From Neophaeotheca triangularis (taxonomy: Eukaryota): a stretch of DNA of 64,000 nt. Under the pieces are notes generated by a model. The model worked only from the letters and a program-made list of their open reading frames with translations, was not told the origin of the DNA and ran no database searches. The position numbers and the translations under genes were made by a program. Below are positions 33,329 to 45,499 of the stretch, one piece after another (the first letter of the stretch is position 1; each line of letters begins with the position of its first letter). The stretch lies in contig BAAIJX010000010.1 of NCBI GenBank assembly GCA_054600435.1, positions 434,001-498,000 on the forward strand, in the 5' to 3' direction.

Positions 33329-34637
33329 TTAGTTCTCGACGAGAGTCTCGGCGAAGACCTCGCTGGGCTGCGGCGGCTTGGATTGCGGGATCTTCTCCTG
33401 GCCGAGACCCTGCTTGGAGTAGGCGGCGGCGTAGGGGTTGAGGCGCAGCATGACCTGCTTGTTGCGCAGAGGGTTCTTCTTCTGCACGACGCTCCTCTTG
33501 GTGATGGCACCACCACGAACGGGGCGCAGCACGCTCTGGACTTCGGAGCTGTTGATGAGCTTGGCCAAGTCGGGCTGGGACACGACGTTGGAGGGGAGCA
33601 GGAAGTCGCGCTTCAACTCAGAGGGCTCGGTGGTGCTGCCGTAGATGCTGTCCAAGGCGGTGAAGGCCGAGGAAGTCCAGATGCAGAAACGGCCGAGGTG
33701 ACCACCAGGGGCGAGCTGGAGCAGGTTCAGGGCGTAGACATCGCAGCACTCGACACCGGGGATGTTGCGGAAGGACTTGAGAAGGTCCTTGCCGTCCTTG
33801 GTGGGGTCGTAGATGACGAGAGGGCCGCGGCGCTGCTTGTGGCGGCGGTTGCGCAGCTTACCCTTGCCGGCGCGAAGCTTGCGGGAGTTCTTCACCTTGT
33901 CGAGGTCAGGGCCAGCACCGACAGCCTGGAGAAGAGCGACGGCTTGCGAGGTCTTCTTGAGGGCGTCACCGGAGAAGGCGGTGCTGTTGACAACGAGGGG
34001 AACCTCGGGGATGTTGGAGATGTGGTGACCACGGGCGAGGAGGAGCGCGGCGGACGAAGAGGCGGCAATGGCAGAGGCGGTAGCAAATCGCTTCTGGCCA
34101 AGGTTGATCTTCTGGTGCCATTTGCGCCAGACCTTGGTGGGCGCAAACATGCGACCGGAACGGCACTGGTTACCGAAAGCGGCCTGACCAGCACGGTGAG
34201 TACCACCACCAGAGACACGGGGAATACGGGCGACAGCGCGGCCTAAGGAGGATTGTTAGATTTTGTACTTTTCCCATGCTGCCAGTTTCCAGCGCTCTTA
34301 TTCCAATCCCAGTGTCGCCGCCTCTTTCGTACATGTTGATTTCACATACCGGTACCCCAGGACTCAGCACTGGTCTGGTGGCCAGCCTTCTCGCTCACGG
34401 CGTACGGCTGCCTCTTGTTCTTGGCCATGCCGGTGTGGACCTGCCTGAAAACAGCGTGTTAGCATCTTTTGTACCCTAAACCTTCCCGCCATTGCCTCTT
34501 TCAGAAATTTCTCAAGGGAAGCCGTACTGGACAATGTCCTGGCGGATGGGCGCCTTGAAGACATTGGGGAGGGTGGCGGTCTCGCTGCCGGCCTTGCCAT
34601 CGGCGCCGTGGATGGTGACGGTGGGACGGGACGTCAT
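33329..34637 (-). CDS. RPL4: 60S ribosomal protein L4 (uL4)
   Basis: Exons 34637-34528, 34444-34350 and 34242-33329 give MTSRPTVTI...[39 protein letters not shown]...[12 protein letters not shown]...[13 protein letters not shown]. Confidence 0.98.
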
Positions 34638-34980
34638 GGTGTCGATGGGGGTTGTTGTCGTCGCTGGGTGTTCGGTCGACCTCGTCGTTGCCGGCTTCTA
34701 GTCTGCGCAAAGTCGAAGTTCGAAGCGGCGGGAGTGGACTGGAATTCGAAGTCTTGGCGTGCGAGATGTCGTCGGCGTTTGTAAGCTCCGACCACACGCG
34801 CACCTACCTAGCTAAGCGAATGAATGGTCTGTGCAAGCAAGAGCTTCCTTCATTCTTTCCCGAATTGGCCGCAGATTTTGAGCCGAGTGAAGAAATACAG
34901 ACAACAGCATATCGCCAGTAGCAAGGCCCCGTTCAGTCAAACAGTCCCATCAGACCTCATACCACTCTCCAACCGCCGCC

Positions 34981-35300
34981 ATGCATCTCATGTACACTCT
35001 CGACGCTCAGGGCAAGCGCAACTACACCCTGAAGAAGGTAGTCGGCAGCGAAGTCACCAAGAGTGCCCACCCTGCTCGCTTCTCGCCAGACGACAAATAC
35101 TCGAGGTAAGACCAAATACTGGGCGATTAGAAGTATTGCGGTTAAGATGCTAACACCGCGCAGGCACCGTGTCGTCCTCAAGAGGCGCTATGGCCTGCTC
35201 CTGACCCAGCAGAGTACGTTCACACTCACAAAGTAGCGGGTGCGCGGGGAGATGATTCGCTAACGATCATGCAGAGGACAAGAAGGTGCTCGGACAGTAG
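34981..35300 (+). CDS. NOP10: H/ACA snoRNP subunit NOP10
   Basis: Exons 34981-35105, 35164-35213 and 35275-35300 give [66 protein letters not shown]. Not in the ORF track. Confidence 0.97.
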
Positions 35301-35874
35301 ACTCGGACATCAGTGCGATTTGCAACATTCGTGGAGCATGACACTCTAGTTTCGACATGGCATTAGCGCGGCGTTTAGGGGTGATGGGCGCAAAAGAGGC
35401 GATGTTAAGGGAGGTAAGAAGGATTACCAGTGTATCGGATAAGAATGAAATGCGGGATTTAGAAGTTACTCTCGGAACAAGACACTATCACACCGAGTCT
35501 CTTTCCGATGGACGCGAGACAACGTGATGCCGATCGAGAGCTTCACCAAATCAAGTACACGGTCAAAGCGAAAGCATGCGAAATCAAGATCTCCGTGTGT
35601 ACACAAGTAGGGAGCCATCAACACCAGTCTAGAGGTGAAAGAGTCGCGGCACCGTAACATTACGAACAAAAGGTTAAAACCGAAGCTGAGATAGGAGAAA
35701 ATTGACAAAAGGTTGGCTATATGTTCGCTCAGGTGCTCCCAGCTTGCTCGCTCACGCATTAGATTTCGCCTAAAGATGGCCCTCGACTGCAGTGTGGCCA
35801 TCAGTTGCACTCTCCCGGACACTCGGCGCTACGGGCAGTCAGAGTTGTCTCCTCAGAGCTGGATCACGGTGTTT

Positions 35875-37008
35875 TCATCCTAGTGTGGCCCCCTCCTCCT
35901 TCGATGCTTGAGCGCTCCTACCCGATTCCGTGTCGTTTCTTGCCGTGGCACTTTTCTCCCTTGCCGCCTGAGTCCTCCCTGATTCCGCATCGTTTTCTGC
36001 CAACGGCTGACTACTTTTCAAGGATGTCAACTCGCCACCGTCATATATCGGATAATACTCCTCCCAGAATTTATTTGTCTCTTTCCCTTTCTTGCTGAAA
36101 AGCCCAACTACGTCAAAAGGATCGACAACGGTTTGCCACCGTGGCCTACCATCGGAAAACCCGGGGCCGACTCTTTCGATTCTAGAATCCAACGGATCGA
36201 GATAGATGTTGTTGCTCCTTGGTAAAACTCTGCCAGGATGCAAAATACTCAGCATAACCACGAAAGCGGTAACATTAGCCACCTCGAAGCCGTTAAAGAC
36301 CCATTCTTGCGTCGTCACGTAACCGCGATGCTCGCCAAAGCATCTGGACATCTCGAAGCCCTCGACGACACGCACGATGCATCGCACAACGATCATACTG
36401 CTCGTCACGTACAGCATTTAAAAAACCGGACGGATCCTGCGGGGTAAAGTCCCGCTCTTGCGGCAGCGGTACTCCAGCAACGCGACCATGAAGATGAAAA
36501 ACCCTTCCACCACCGCTTGCAGTATCAGCGCCGCTTGCAGGGTTCTGAGGCCTTGCTCGATGGTCGCGCGGTCGCCGTCGCCGGCACTGTTGGCCGCGCC
36601 GTTCGCCGTTATGGACTCGACAATGGCGCCCAGCATGGAGAACGTTGTCATCACTCTCTCCGGGTGCATGGGCGCGTGGTACGGCAGATATGCCATGAGT
36701 CTGCCGAGGATGAAGTATTCGGCTGCGGCGTAGAGCGGGGGCCCCATTAGGATTAGCACGATCTGGGCGATGAAGATTTTTACGCTTTGTGGTTGCCACA
36801 CGGAGATGCTGCGGCAGATGAAGCCCCCCGTCCAGGTGACGGTCGTCCAGGTCATTGTGAAGCCGTACTTTTTCCGGTCGTATTTTAAGAAGGATTGGTG
36901 GATGTTCCAGGCGCATACGATGGCTAGGAAGACTGCGAAGAAAATTGGGGCCGCCTTGTCCGGGTTGTATGGGTAGAGGGACCGGCCTGGGTCAGAAGGT
37001 GAGGACAT
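35875..37008 (-). pseudogene. RTA1-like (lipid-translocating exporter family) membrane protein interrupted by an in-frame TAA
   Basis: SLYPYNPDKAAPIFF, GPPLYAAAEYFILGRL, IVVRCIVRVVEGF and EWVFNGFEVA. ORFs 36418..37008 and 35875..36417 are in the same frame and separated only by TAA at 36420-36418. Confidence 0.8.
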
Positions 37009-37178
37009 CTTTGTTTGAAAAAGTGGCTTTGGGAAGGTCGAGTGTTTTGCTATTCTACCGGGGTTGGGGGGGAAATCGGACTTTTGCAGAGATACCTTGT
37101 GAGAAGATATAGGGGTTGCTGGAGCTCTGAACAGTAGTTGAAGTAAGAAGTCGTAGCTGACTGCTCAAATTCGCCATG

Positions 37179-37289
37179 CGCAATGGTGTTATAAGTAGCC
37201 TTGGTGCTTCGCGTAGCAACGCAAGAGAGCGCAAAATGAGGTAGATATGTTGGTTGCGTACATGGGTCCGCCGTTGCGCACTCGTTGCG
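37179..37289. promoter_or_regulatory. Cluster of six CGCAA/TTGCG motifs in the RTA1 / Zn2Cys6 divergent promoter
   Basis: CGCAA at 37179, 37220 and 37230; TTGCG at 37254, 37274 and 37285. A TATAA-like element on the minus strand near 37190 lies within the cluster. Confidence 0.4.
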
Positions 37290-37616
37290 CGCTCTTCTAC
37301 ACCAACTCTAACCCTGACAAGTATACTTGTGATACATCTTGACCAGACGGTTGACGGTGTACCAAGACGCTGCTGTCAGTGGTGGTTGCTGGTCATACAG
37401 CATCTTGTGCTGAATTGATTGATACTCGGCATCAAGACATGAAGTTGAAGCATGGAGATAGTAACCACGGATGTTGTCGAGCACGTCTAGTCGCTTGCCG
37501 CAATGTGCACGGACCCTGATAGACAGACCTCAGCTCCTTGCACCACTCCAGCTACCTTACAGTAGGTAGTTGATGTTAGCACACCATGACGGATCTTTTC
37601 ACCCCAATATGCGCAA

Positions 37617-39846
37617 ATGTCGGAACAACCAAGGTCGCGAGGGACTCGTGGCAACTACGCGAAGCTCATCTGTCTGCAGTGCAAGGGGCGGAAAATCAAA
37701 TGTCAACTCCCAGAGAACGCCGGTATTACCCCGTCGGAGGTCCCTCAGCCTGACCAACTCTCGTGTCAAAGGTGTCGAGCTCTCGGTCTAGAATGCATCG
37801 TACAGGAGACTGTGCTGGGAAGGCCAGTGGCCAAACGGAAGCGGACGAGAGGTGACGTTCAGGCCGAAGGGGCCGCTGCGTCTATCGCTACGGCCGCTGA
37901 GTTCGAGGTTCTCCTGGACGAAGAGGAAGTGAAAAGCTATTTGCTTTCCGAGTTCACTGTGGAGAATTTTCCACCACACTCTTTCGCTACCTGTGCGGGG
38001 AAAGCCGGACTCAGCGTTGCGGAGAGGTTCGAGGCTATGATTTCATCCACGCATATGCTGTCGGCGCTGTTGTCTCGAGACCAGAGCTTCGGGTCGAAGA
38101 GTATAGCCGCACAGGAGCCGGTAGTGCGTGCAAAAGAGCCGTCATGTCTCTCCAAGACTATTAGCCATGGCATGGCTGCATTGCTGGACGAAAAGTTCGT
38201 ACCGCCTTGAATGGCACTGGGAGGTCGATTAATTACTAAGACATCTTTACAGTCTCTCATGGCATCGCTTTCTGGAGCCTGCAACTCCAAGACTTGTCGA
38301 ATTAAAGCAACAGCTTGAGTACAACGGAGGTACACGAGGGGACCCGGGTACTCCTGTTCTATTTGCTTTGCTAGCGCTCATGGCGGTTGAAATGCCCTCC
38401 AGCCGCCTTCGAGACGATGTGGAATTGCGCGTGCAGCTGCGCCGAACACTGGACTATCTTGGAGAGCCGTTCATACTCGCCCCGCCAGTCACCCGGAACG
38501 CTCTTGCGGCCTTGCTACTACTCTCGAGCTACCGGCCCACGGCGCTCATCAAACACCAAAATGCAGCAGCGGCCGCAGTAAAATCCGATGTTTTTATTGC
38601 ACAGGCACACCGTACCGCTAAAAAGCTGGGGCTCTCAGAAGCTCACTTCAAACTTTCTCAGCCCCTTGATAGGTCGCCAGACGAGGTCGAGGCATTAGTA
38701 GGAGACTGTCTGCAATGGTGCTCCTTGATAAAACAAGACGCTTTTGCAGACGCCTTCTTTGCAAAATCTCTGCATTCTATGCGGAGCACACACATTCAAC
38801 TCGACTCTCCTCTCGAAACACTGGTGTCAGTGCTACAGCATCACACCCCTACAATCAGAACACTACTGCACTTCCACCTCATCGTGGCCGCCACAAGAGG
38901 AATCCAGTGCCTCATCGACATCAAACAAGACTTGCGAGACCTCAAAAAGCTAGCCGACGTCGTAGAAACATACGAGCAAGCATGCCAAACCGAGCTCACC
39001 ACATTCCAAACCTCAGCAAAGCAAGCTCGCCCCCACAACGACCGCGAAGAAGAAGTCCTCGCCGCGTCAACCGTGCTAACAACATCTCTCGAGCACCTTC
39101 AAGCCTCCATCTCGGGCGTCGCAATGTTCTTCGCCCTCATGTCGCGACTGAAACCGCAAGCCCACGCCACCGACATCGAGCCCAAAGACGCCCTCCAAGT
39201 CTCGGAACAAATCATCTCCTCCCTGAAAGATCTGCGCATCGGCCGCACGTTCGATCTCGCAAACTTTCTCGCCCGCCTCGGGGGTCCCAGGGACGAAAGA
39301 CTGCTCCGCAACCTTTCCCTCTTCATTCACGCAGCCGACACGCTGAAGCTGGAAGGCGTTACCTACGCTCCGCAACCGCGAGAGGAAGCTCTGGCTACGC
39401 TCTACTGGTGTCGTATCCTCGTCGAGAACAACGCGGCTCGCATGAAGGGCTGGGGTGGGCTGCACCCGGATGTGGACAAGCAGCTTGAGTTGATGGCCGG
39501 GTGCGCGAGGAGGCTGGAGATTATGGCTACTCCCATGGGCGGCTCTTTACAAGCTGCTTTTGAGAAGGGCTGTCTTTATGCCGCTTGTGCGAAGTTGATA
39601 CGGTGTTTGCATCGCATTGTTTTGGGGTGGCAGGGGGTTGTCAACAGTAGTACTCGAGGAGAAGATGGGGCGTCACGGGAAGGGGAGCTGGGCGTGGATG
39701 CTGGGCTGAAAGGGTTGGACGCTGACGCTGACGTTGACTTTGGTGGGTTTGATTTCGATGAGCTCTTCGCACAGTGGAGTAGTTGGCCGCAGTCGGAGAG
39801 TGCAGACTTCTTGAGCTGTATGTCGGATGATCTGTTCATGAGTTGA
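37617..39846 (+). CDS. Zn(II)2Cys6 fungal transcription factor
   Basis: CLQCKGRKIKC-x20-CQRCRALGLEC. Intron 38195-38252 joins the 197-aa and 492-aa ORFs in frame. Acidic aromatic C-terminus. Confidence 0.9.
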
Positions 39847-41162
39847 GTTGCCATCACTTAGCAAGATACGATACCCTAGCAAATCTTCCGTCCAGAACCT
39901 CCGCGGTAACCTCAATGCTTTAAATGCCAACGAGCAGCTCCAACTTTCGTAGGTGTATGCGACCGTCCAACCTACGTAAACCGTACGCGGGCACCTTGTA
40001 GAAACTCACTACAGCGGCAGCGTTCGACGCACCTTTGAGATCTCTAGCAGCCAAAAGAGAAAAAAGCAAACAGCTAATCGAGCAAAAAGAAAGCCTCTAG
40101 CAGCTTAAGCACTAAAGGGAAAGTAAACTCATCCAGTGAAGGAGTTGTTTAACTTTAGCCTACAGACAGTTGAATATAACGTCGTTGAACTGCGCGACGC
40201 CTTCAGTCTTATTATTTAACGTCGAGAACTGAGGAAGAGCGACAAAGGCGGGAGTCGAACTAGCGAATTTTTTGGTGTATCTGGGAGTAATATTAGTGAG
40301 CGTCCAAATCAGGGAGTCAGAGTGACAGACGTACCGATTGTGTTTCGTTGGCGGGATTTAGGAAAGATGGACGGGGGGCTGAATATATTGTTTGGTCTCT
40401 GGAGAGCACACTCTTCTTAGACTTTCTCGGGGGTCGATTCTCATGATCCTAGCAGAGGCTGACCGTGTTGCCAGCACCGAGTGAAGGGCGACTGGCTTTC
40501 TTCGCTTCCTAACGCTTTTGAGCACGCCTCTGCCAGGTCCGTCTGCTCACTTGCTCGCGAGAGATAGGCCTGCTAAGACGGACCCGCGTTAAGAGGCCGA
40601 GTCGCTTGATCTAGCGGACAGCTTATAGTGGCCGGGACTCTGGACTTCTAAAACAATGCCCGGACGTTCACGCCCTGGGCTAGAAAGGGGCAGTGAGTCC
40701 GAGAGGATCTTAGCGCATGGAATGCGCCCCCCGTGACCTTGCGTGACTGGACTGGCTTTGCATCGGACCCCTTGTCACGTTGCTACATCGCCCGATCCCA
40801 TGCTGTAGCATTGGGTCGGTGGGAGGTAGGAAGGCTCCGGGCTGAGAGGCATAAGACTTTGCGGGAGAGGGCGATCGAGCCGACGGCGGGAAGGGGAGAT
40901 CGGAGAGGCGGCACGGAGGAGTTCGACACATCTCAAAGTGGCGGTGTAGGGGCCGAGAGCTTTGCACAGTGACGGTGATAGCAGCATACATTTTCTACTT
41001 ACGTCCTTCTATCCAACCACCACCCTTGCAAGCAGAGCACCTCGCACCGCTCGTCCCGCTTCCAACACCTCCATGGCTCTACCCCCAGCTCTACAACCCT
41101 CTCCACCATAACTCCAACCGTTCCCACCCCTTTCTTTCCCCCACCCTCCCACCCATCCATCC

Positions 41163-42857
41163 CTACGAATCAAAAACCGCCCCGAACGCCGGGACCCCCC
41201 TCCTCTCCAACTCAAAAACCACCTCCCCGGTAACCTTGGGATTACTAATAACCACGACAGCCTGCGCGCCCATCTCGCGCACCAAGCCCCAGACCAAACC
41301 CAGCGTGTGCGGCTTCCCCGTCTTTTGGGTATCCACAACCACAGCCCGGGGATCCGCTCGCAGCACATCTCGCAAGATTCCCGGGCCGTAGGTTTGCACG
41401 GGCGAGCGCGCGCTCCAGAGCACTCGCACTGGGTGGGTGCGGTGCGTGTTGAGGAAGGAGAGGCAGGGCCCGATGCCCGAGCCGGTTGTGAGGAGTAGGA
41501 CGGGGGAGAAGAGGGAGGTGATGCGGGCTACGCCTGTTGTGGGGGCGCCTTTGAGGTAGAGGTGAGTTGGTGGGTGGAGGATGGTTTTGGTGGTCCAGTC
41601 GCCGGCTTTGGAGATGAGGATGCTCGGGTTGTTGGTGTGCGGGGAGGGTGTGGAAGTGGGGTTGGAGGGCTGGGACGGGCCGATGGTTGCGAAGGCGTGG
41701 GTTTCGCGCCAGGGGTTGTCGGTTACGCGGATGCCGCGGCAGGTTTGGAAGCCTGGGGTTAGGTGCTCTAGGGGGATGTAGACGCGGATGGCGTGGTCAG
41801 AGTGCTTTTCGCAGGTGACGGCGACTTTGCGGAGTCGGGTCCAGGGGTACGCCAGGAGGGCGATGATGATCAAGAGGAACCAGAAGGTGGGTGTCTTGAT
41901 GAGGGCGATGATGTAGCTGTCCGGACCGTGCTGAGAGGTTGTCGCTGCGATGAGAAGCACTTGAGCAAGGACCAAGGCCACAAGACTGTAGCCGCCCCAA
42001 CGGTGGGTGTTTTCCCATATGTTGTGCCATTTTCTACGGCAGACAGGATGAGACAAACCAACGACAGTGACCAGTAAGACGTCAGAGACGATTGCCGTTG
42101 TTGCCAAAGTATAGCTGTAACCATCTGTTCTACCCGCCTTCTTGACTTCGGCGACAAGTAAAACGGTATAGAAGATGTACCATAGCATTGCGCTTGATCC
42201 GGCGGCAGAATGGAGTCCTCCGTAGCTATAGGCAACCTTGGCTACATGGCGCTTTATACTCAAAGGCGTTCGCTTCGGGATCGCCAGTGCAAGATCGAAC
42301 AGACGGTTGACGGCATGCTCATGCCTGAAGAACACAGCAGAGACCAGATTTGCACCGGCGGCGGTGGCTGCGCTGTGATACGTGAAAGAGCTGTTCGATT
42401 TGACGGCTCTGCAGATGGCTGCGATGATCAGTGCGATGTTGGCAAGGAAGCAAATGGCGAATAGGCGTCGGTATGTTGACCAAAATCCGTATCGTAGGTG
42501 GTCATGCCAGTCGGATCGAGGAGGTTTGGGCAATGTGCGGAGGGTCGTGATGTAATCTAGCTTTTCTCTGCTTGCGATTTGCCGTTCCGGGTCGTCGAGC
42601 TCGGTGCTATGGACTATTGTGAGACCCTTCTCAACCTCGTCGATGCTCTTACTGGAGCTGGAGAAGCTTGTGGTGGATGGGAGGTTGCTGGCAGGCCATG
42701 GTCTAACGTCGCGAGGTCTCTGCTGTAGGGAGGAACAGGTAGACTGTGGTGAATCCAGGGTAGGCGTGCACTTCGTGGTAGGGTCTGCGTAGAGCCACTC
42801 CGACTGTACTCCTGCACTCTTGGATTCGGCTTGAGTAGTAGAACGATAGTAGTCCAT
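41163..42857 (-). CDS. TmpA-like integral membrane flavoprotein (ferric reductase-like TM domain plus FNR-type FAD/NAD(P) domain)
   Basis: About six TM helices with YGGLHS and HNIWENTHRWGG, followed by ETHAFATI, ISKAGDWT, LLTTGSGIGPCL and terminal PAFGAVFDS. Confidence 0.85.
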   Translation of the reverse strand: MDYYRSTTQAESKSAGVQSEWLYADPTTKCTPTLDSPQSTCSSLQQRPRDVRPWPASNLPSTTSFSSSSKSIDEVEKGLTIVHSTELDDPERQIASREKLDYITTLRTLPKPPRSDWHDHLRYGFWSTYRRLFAICFLANIALIIAAICRAVKSNSSFTYHSAATAAGANLVSAVFFRHEHAVNRLFDLALAIPKRTPLSIKRHVAKVAYSYGGLHSAAGSSAMLWYIFYTVLLVAEVKKAGRTDGYSYTLATTAIVSDVLLVTVVGLSHPVCRRKWHNIWENTHRWGGYSLVALVLAQVLLIAATTSQHGPDSYIIALIKTPTFWFLLIIIALLAYPWTRLRKVAVTCEKHSDHAIRVYIPLEHLTPGFQTCRGIRVTDNPWRETHAFATIGPSQPSNPTSTPSPHTNNPSILISKAGDWTTKTILHPPTHLYLKGAPTTGVARITSLFSPVLLLTTGSGIGPCLSFLNTHRTHPVRVLWSARSPVQTYGPGILRDVLRADPRAVVVDTQKTGKPHTLGLVWGLVREMGAQAVVVISNPKVTGEVVFELERRGVPAFGAVFDS

Positions 42858-45499
42858 TGCCTGTCGCTGCTCGATTGCTATTAGCGATGGTGTGTCTGTG
42901 TTGACCGTGTCGAAGGTTGGCGAGCTATAGATACCAGCGTCTTGCAGCGATACCTGGATTGTTCTTTCGATTGTATCCGTCTAATTGTTTCACTTGTCGC
43001 CAAAGCTCGTGGTACCCAAGACTATTCCCTCTCGATCTCAGCTTTCCTGTAAAAGGGGATTGTACGGATTCTCGCAATGTCGGAAAGGTCTCAGGATACA
43101 AGACAGCCTAGTAAAAGACTCAGAGTTCGTGCGGAACTAGAGCAAAGCTTTGTCCGGGTTGAAATCTTTTGTTGACAGGTTTTTTGCAAGCGAAGGCGGC
43201 AGAATCGAGGAGAAGTTTCAGTTAATTAGATAAAGGTGAATGGGCTAGCAGACAGTATTGCATGTGCACAAGGATGTGAAGTGGGCACGGAATACAACAA
43301 TACTTACTACAGCAATATCATGAACGCACGGCCATCCCATGTATACCTACTTCACAAGATGCATTGCCCAGCATGGTATTCCACCGAGGATCTCGGAGAT
43401 CTCTGTTGATGACCCGGCCAGGGAAGACCAGCCAAGCACTGTAGAAGTCAGGACCAAGTTCCTTTGCAGCTAATCGGCAGCTGGCGGACCAGGGTAGAAC
43501 CATCTCTTGCATACTCCATCGCACGCAGCACGCAAGCCTGGTCTGTATTTGTACCTCTTGCTACAGGCACACATGCAGTAGTCACATATCGTTACTCGGG
43601 CTGGCGACGCTCATGGGCCGTGTAAAAGGCCGGAGCGGTTCGCATAATAGATGGTTGCAGGTGCAAGTGACTCTGCTACTTTGCGGCGCAATAGTTTGGC
43701 GACGGTGCGAGGAATACTTCGACAGAGGCTATATCAATCAGATACATACGTGAGCGGCCTTCAATGTCCTGCATACGGCTGAACTGCTCGCCCATTCATT
43801 GCAGGAGTGTTCGACCGCATTAGGACAAGGAAAGGAATCTCCCCCATAAAGACGAACCTGCTTCTTCCATCAACTTTGGTAGCCGTTCAAAGCAAGTGTC
43901 AACGTGGTAGAGTTTTATTTGAAGCAAGATAGTAGAAAGACATGGCACTGGAGGAATGCAGAGTGTAGTCAGATGCCAAGACATTACTTGTACAGATACA
44001 CCATCAATGCGCTAGCCGCATATGGCAGAACGAACTTCACTTCACCCATGCTACATGTGACTACTGCAATCGCTCATACTAGGCTGTCTCTACAAAATCA
44101 GGGCGATGAAGATATGTCCGAGTACTTGATTGGCAGGTCAATTGCACTTCTGAACTGGCACCGCCGAGCTGACACCTGTGGTATAGCGTCTGGTTCCCGC
44201 CGGCTGTGATCTGCGTAGACATGTAGTCATTGAAATCTGGGCTGGATAGATTACGGTGCGGCGCGAAGAAACTGTCCTCCTTTCCTGACACCATTCTCCA
44301 AGTTCTCACGTTCCTAGGCGAGACGGGCTCACCACACGCATCTGCATACTTCAAGCTTTGCTTGACCCCGCCGCTTCTGCACATTCGCCGTTGCGAAGGC
44401 CTTTAGACGGCTGGGGAAAGTGTAAGGAACCAAAAAGCGATGGAATGCCAGGCAGCGACCAATCACGCCTTTTCGACGAGCTGTCTTTTCTCACCTTTTC
44501 TGGCGACTTAACCCCCCTCGTTGAGGTGATTCTGCAGTCAAGGCTCCCCGTCCTGTATAGCCTTCTATGCAGCCTGCGGCCTCGACTACCGATCCTTCAT
44601 GGCGGTCAAGCTCGCCTGCCGATGCTGGAAGGGACATGATGCGCCGAGGCAAGCGGCGCCGCTCTTTAGGTGTCCTTGAAGACGCCACGAGACTGGAGCG
44701 TGAGGGAAGTTATATGTCTGGATCTATCAGCGGTGCTCGCTTGGAGTGGTTTTATCCGAGACGATAAGGTAGGTCCGCTAGCATTGTAGTATACCCGTAG
44801 GTGGATGGTCCTCGAGCACGCCAAGGTTGTTGGCAATTCTTTAGATGGCAGTAAGTAAACTATATAGTAAAGCATTTTCTTTGCTAGCACTCTTGCCCGC
44901 ATATATCCATCGCTTCGTGCTCTTGTGGTTGGCTTAGGCAAAAGAGAAGTCAGTAGGATCGTGGGACCTAATACTAATCTCCGAATCCAGCAACACTAGC
45001 TAGTCGCACGATCTTTGAAGTTGTCTCGTTTGGATCAAAGCACCGATTGTTACTGCAGACCAGGCCGTCCGTACCGAAGACGAGAGCAGAGATATCTCTC
45101 GTCAAGATGGCCCAACTGAAAGATAAGAAGAAACAAAGCCTCGACGCTAGGCTTGAGAATTTTGCCCAGCTAGATTCGAGGAGGCTCTCGCAAGACTACG
45201 CTCGATGCTGTTCTTACTAAAAGAGACCCGGGGTCACGCCGGCGATAGCGGACGACCTGATACGCAAGACGTCGAGAGCTGGTGTTTTACAAAGTAAGCT
45301 TCTCATTCACGACACCTTTTGCGACGCCCCTAATCGGAAGTGCCTTCACCAAATCCGCAACACACTACACGCTCCACTTTCGACCACTGCGACAACAAAA
45401 TTCTCTCCTTCTTTGCACATACAAACCGAATTATTCAGCAGAACCACCAGACTTACGCTTTTCCGCTTGAAAGGACCTCTGCACCGGATCCGCTTCAGC

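Noticed and set aside
33311..34246. 311-aa + strand ORF, and similar long antisense ORFs over BCS1, DUF1996, STE23 and VPS54
   Set aside because: These are antisense shadows of genes with strong codon bias; the recognisable protein is on the other strand.
40025..40140. Coiled-coil-like frame with TAG/TAA/TGA stops that could be C-to-T (RIP-like) changes
   Set aside because: Only about 37 codons with no homologue or second copy in the window, so it is indistinguishable from chance.
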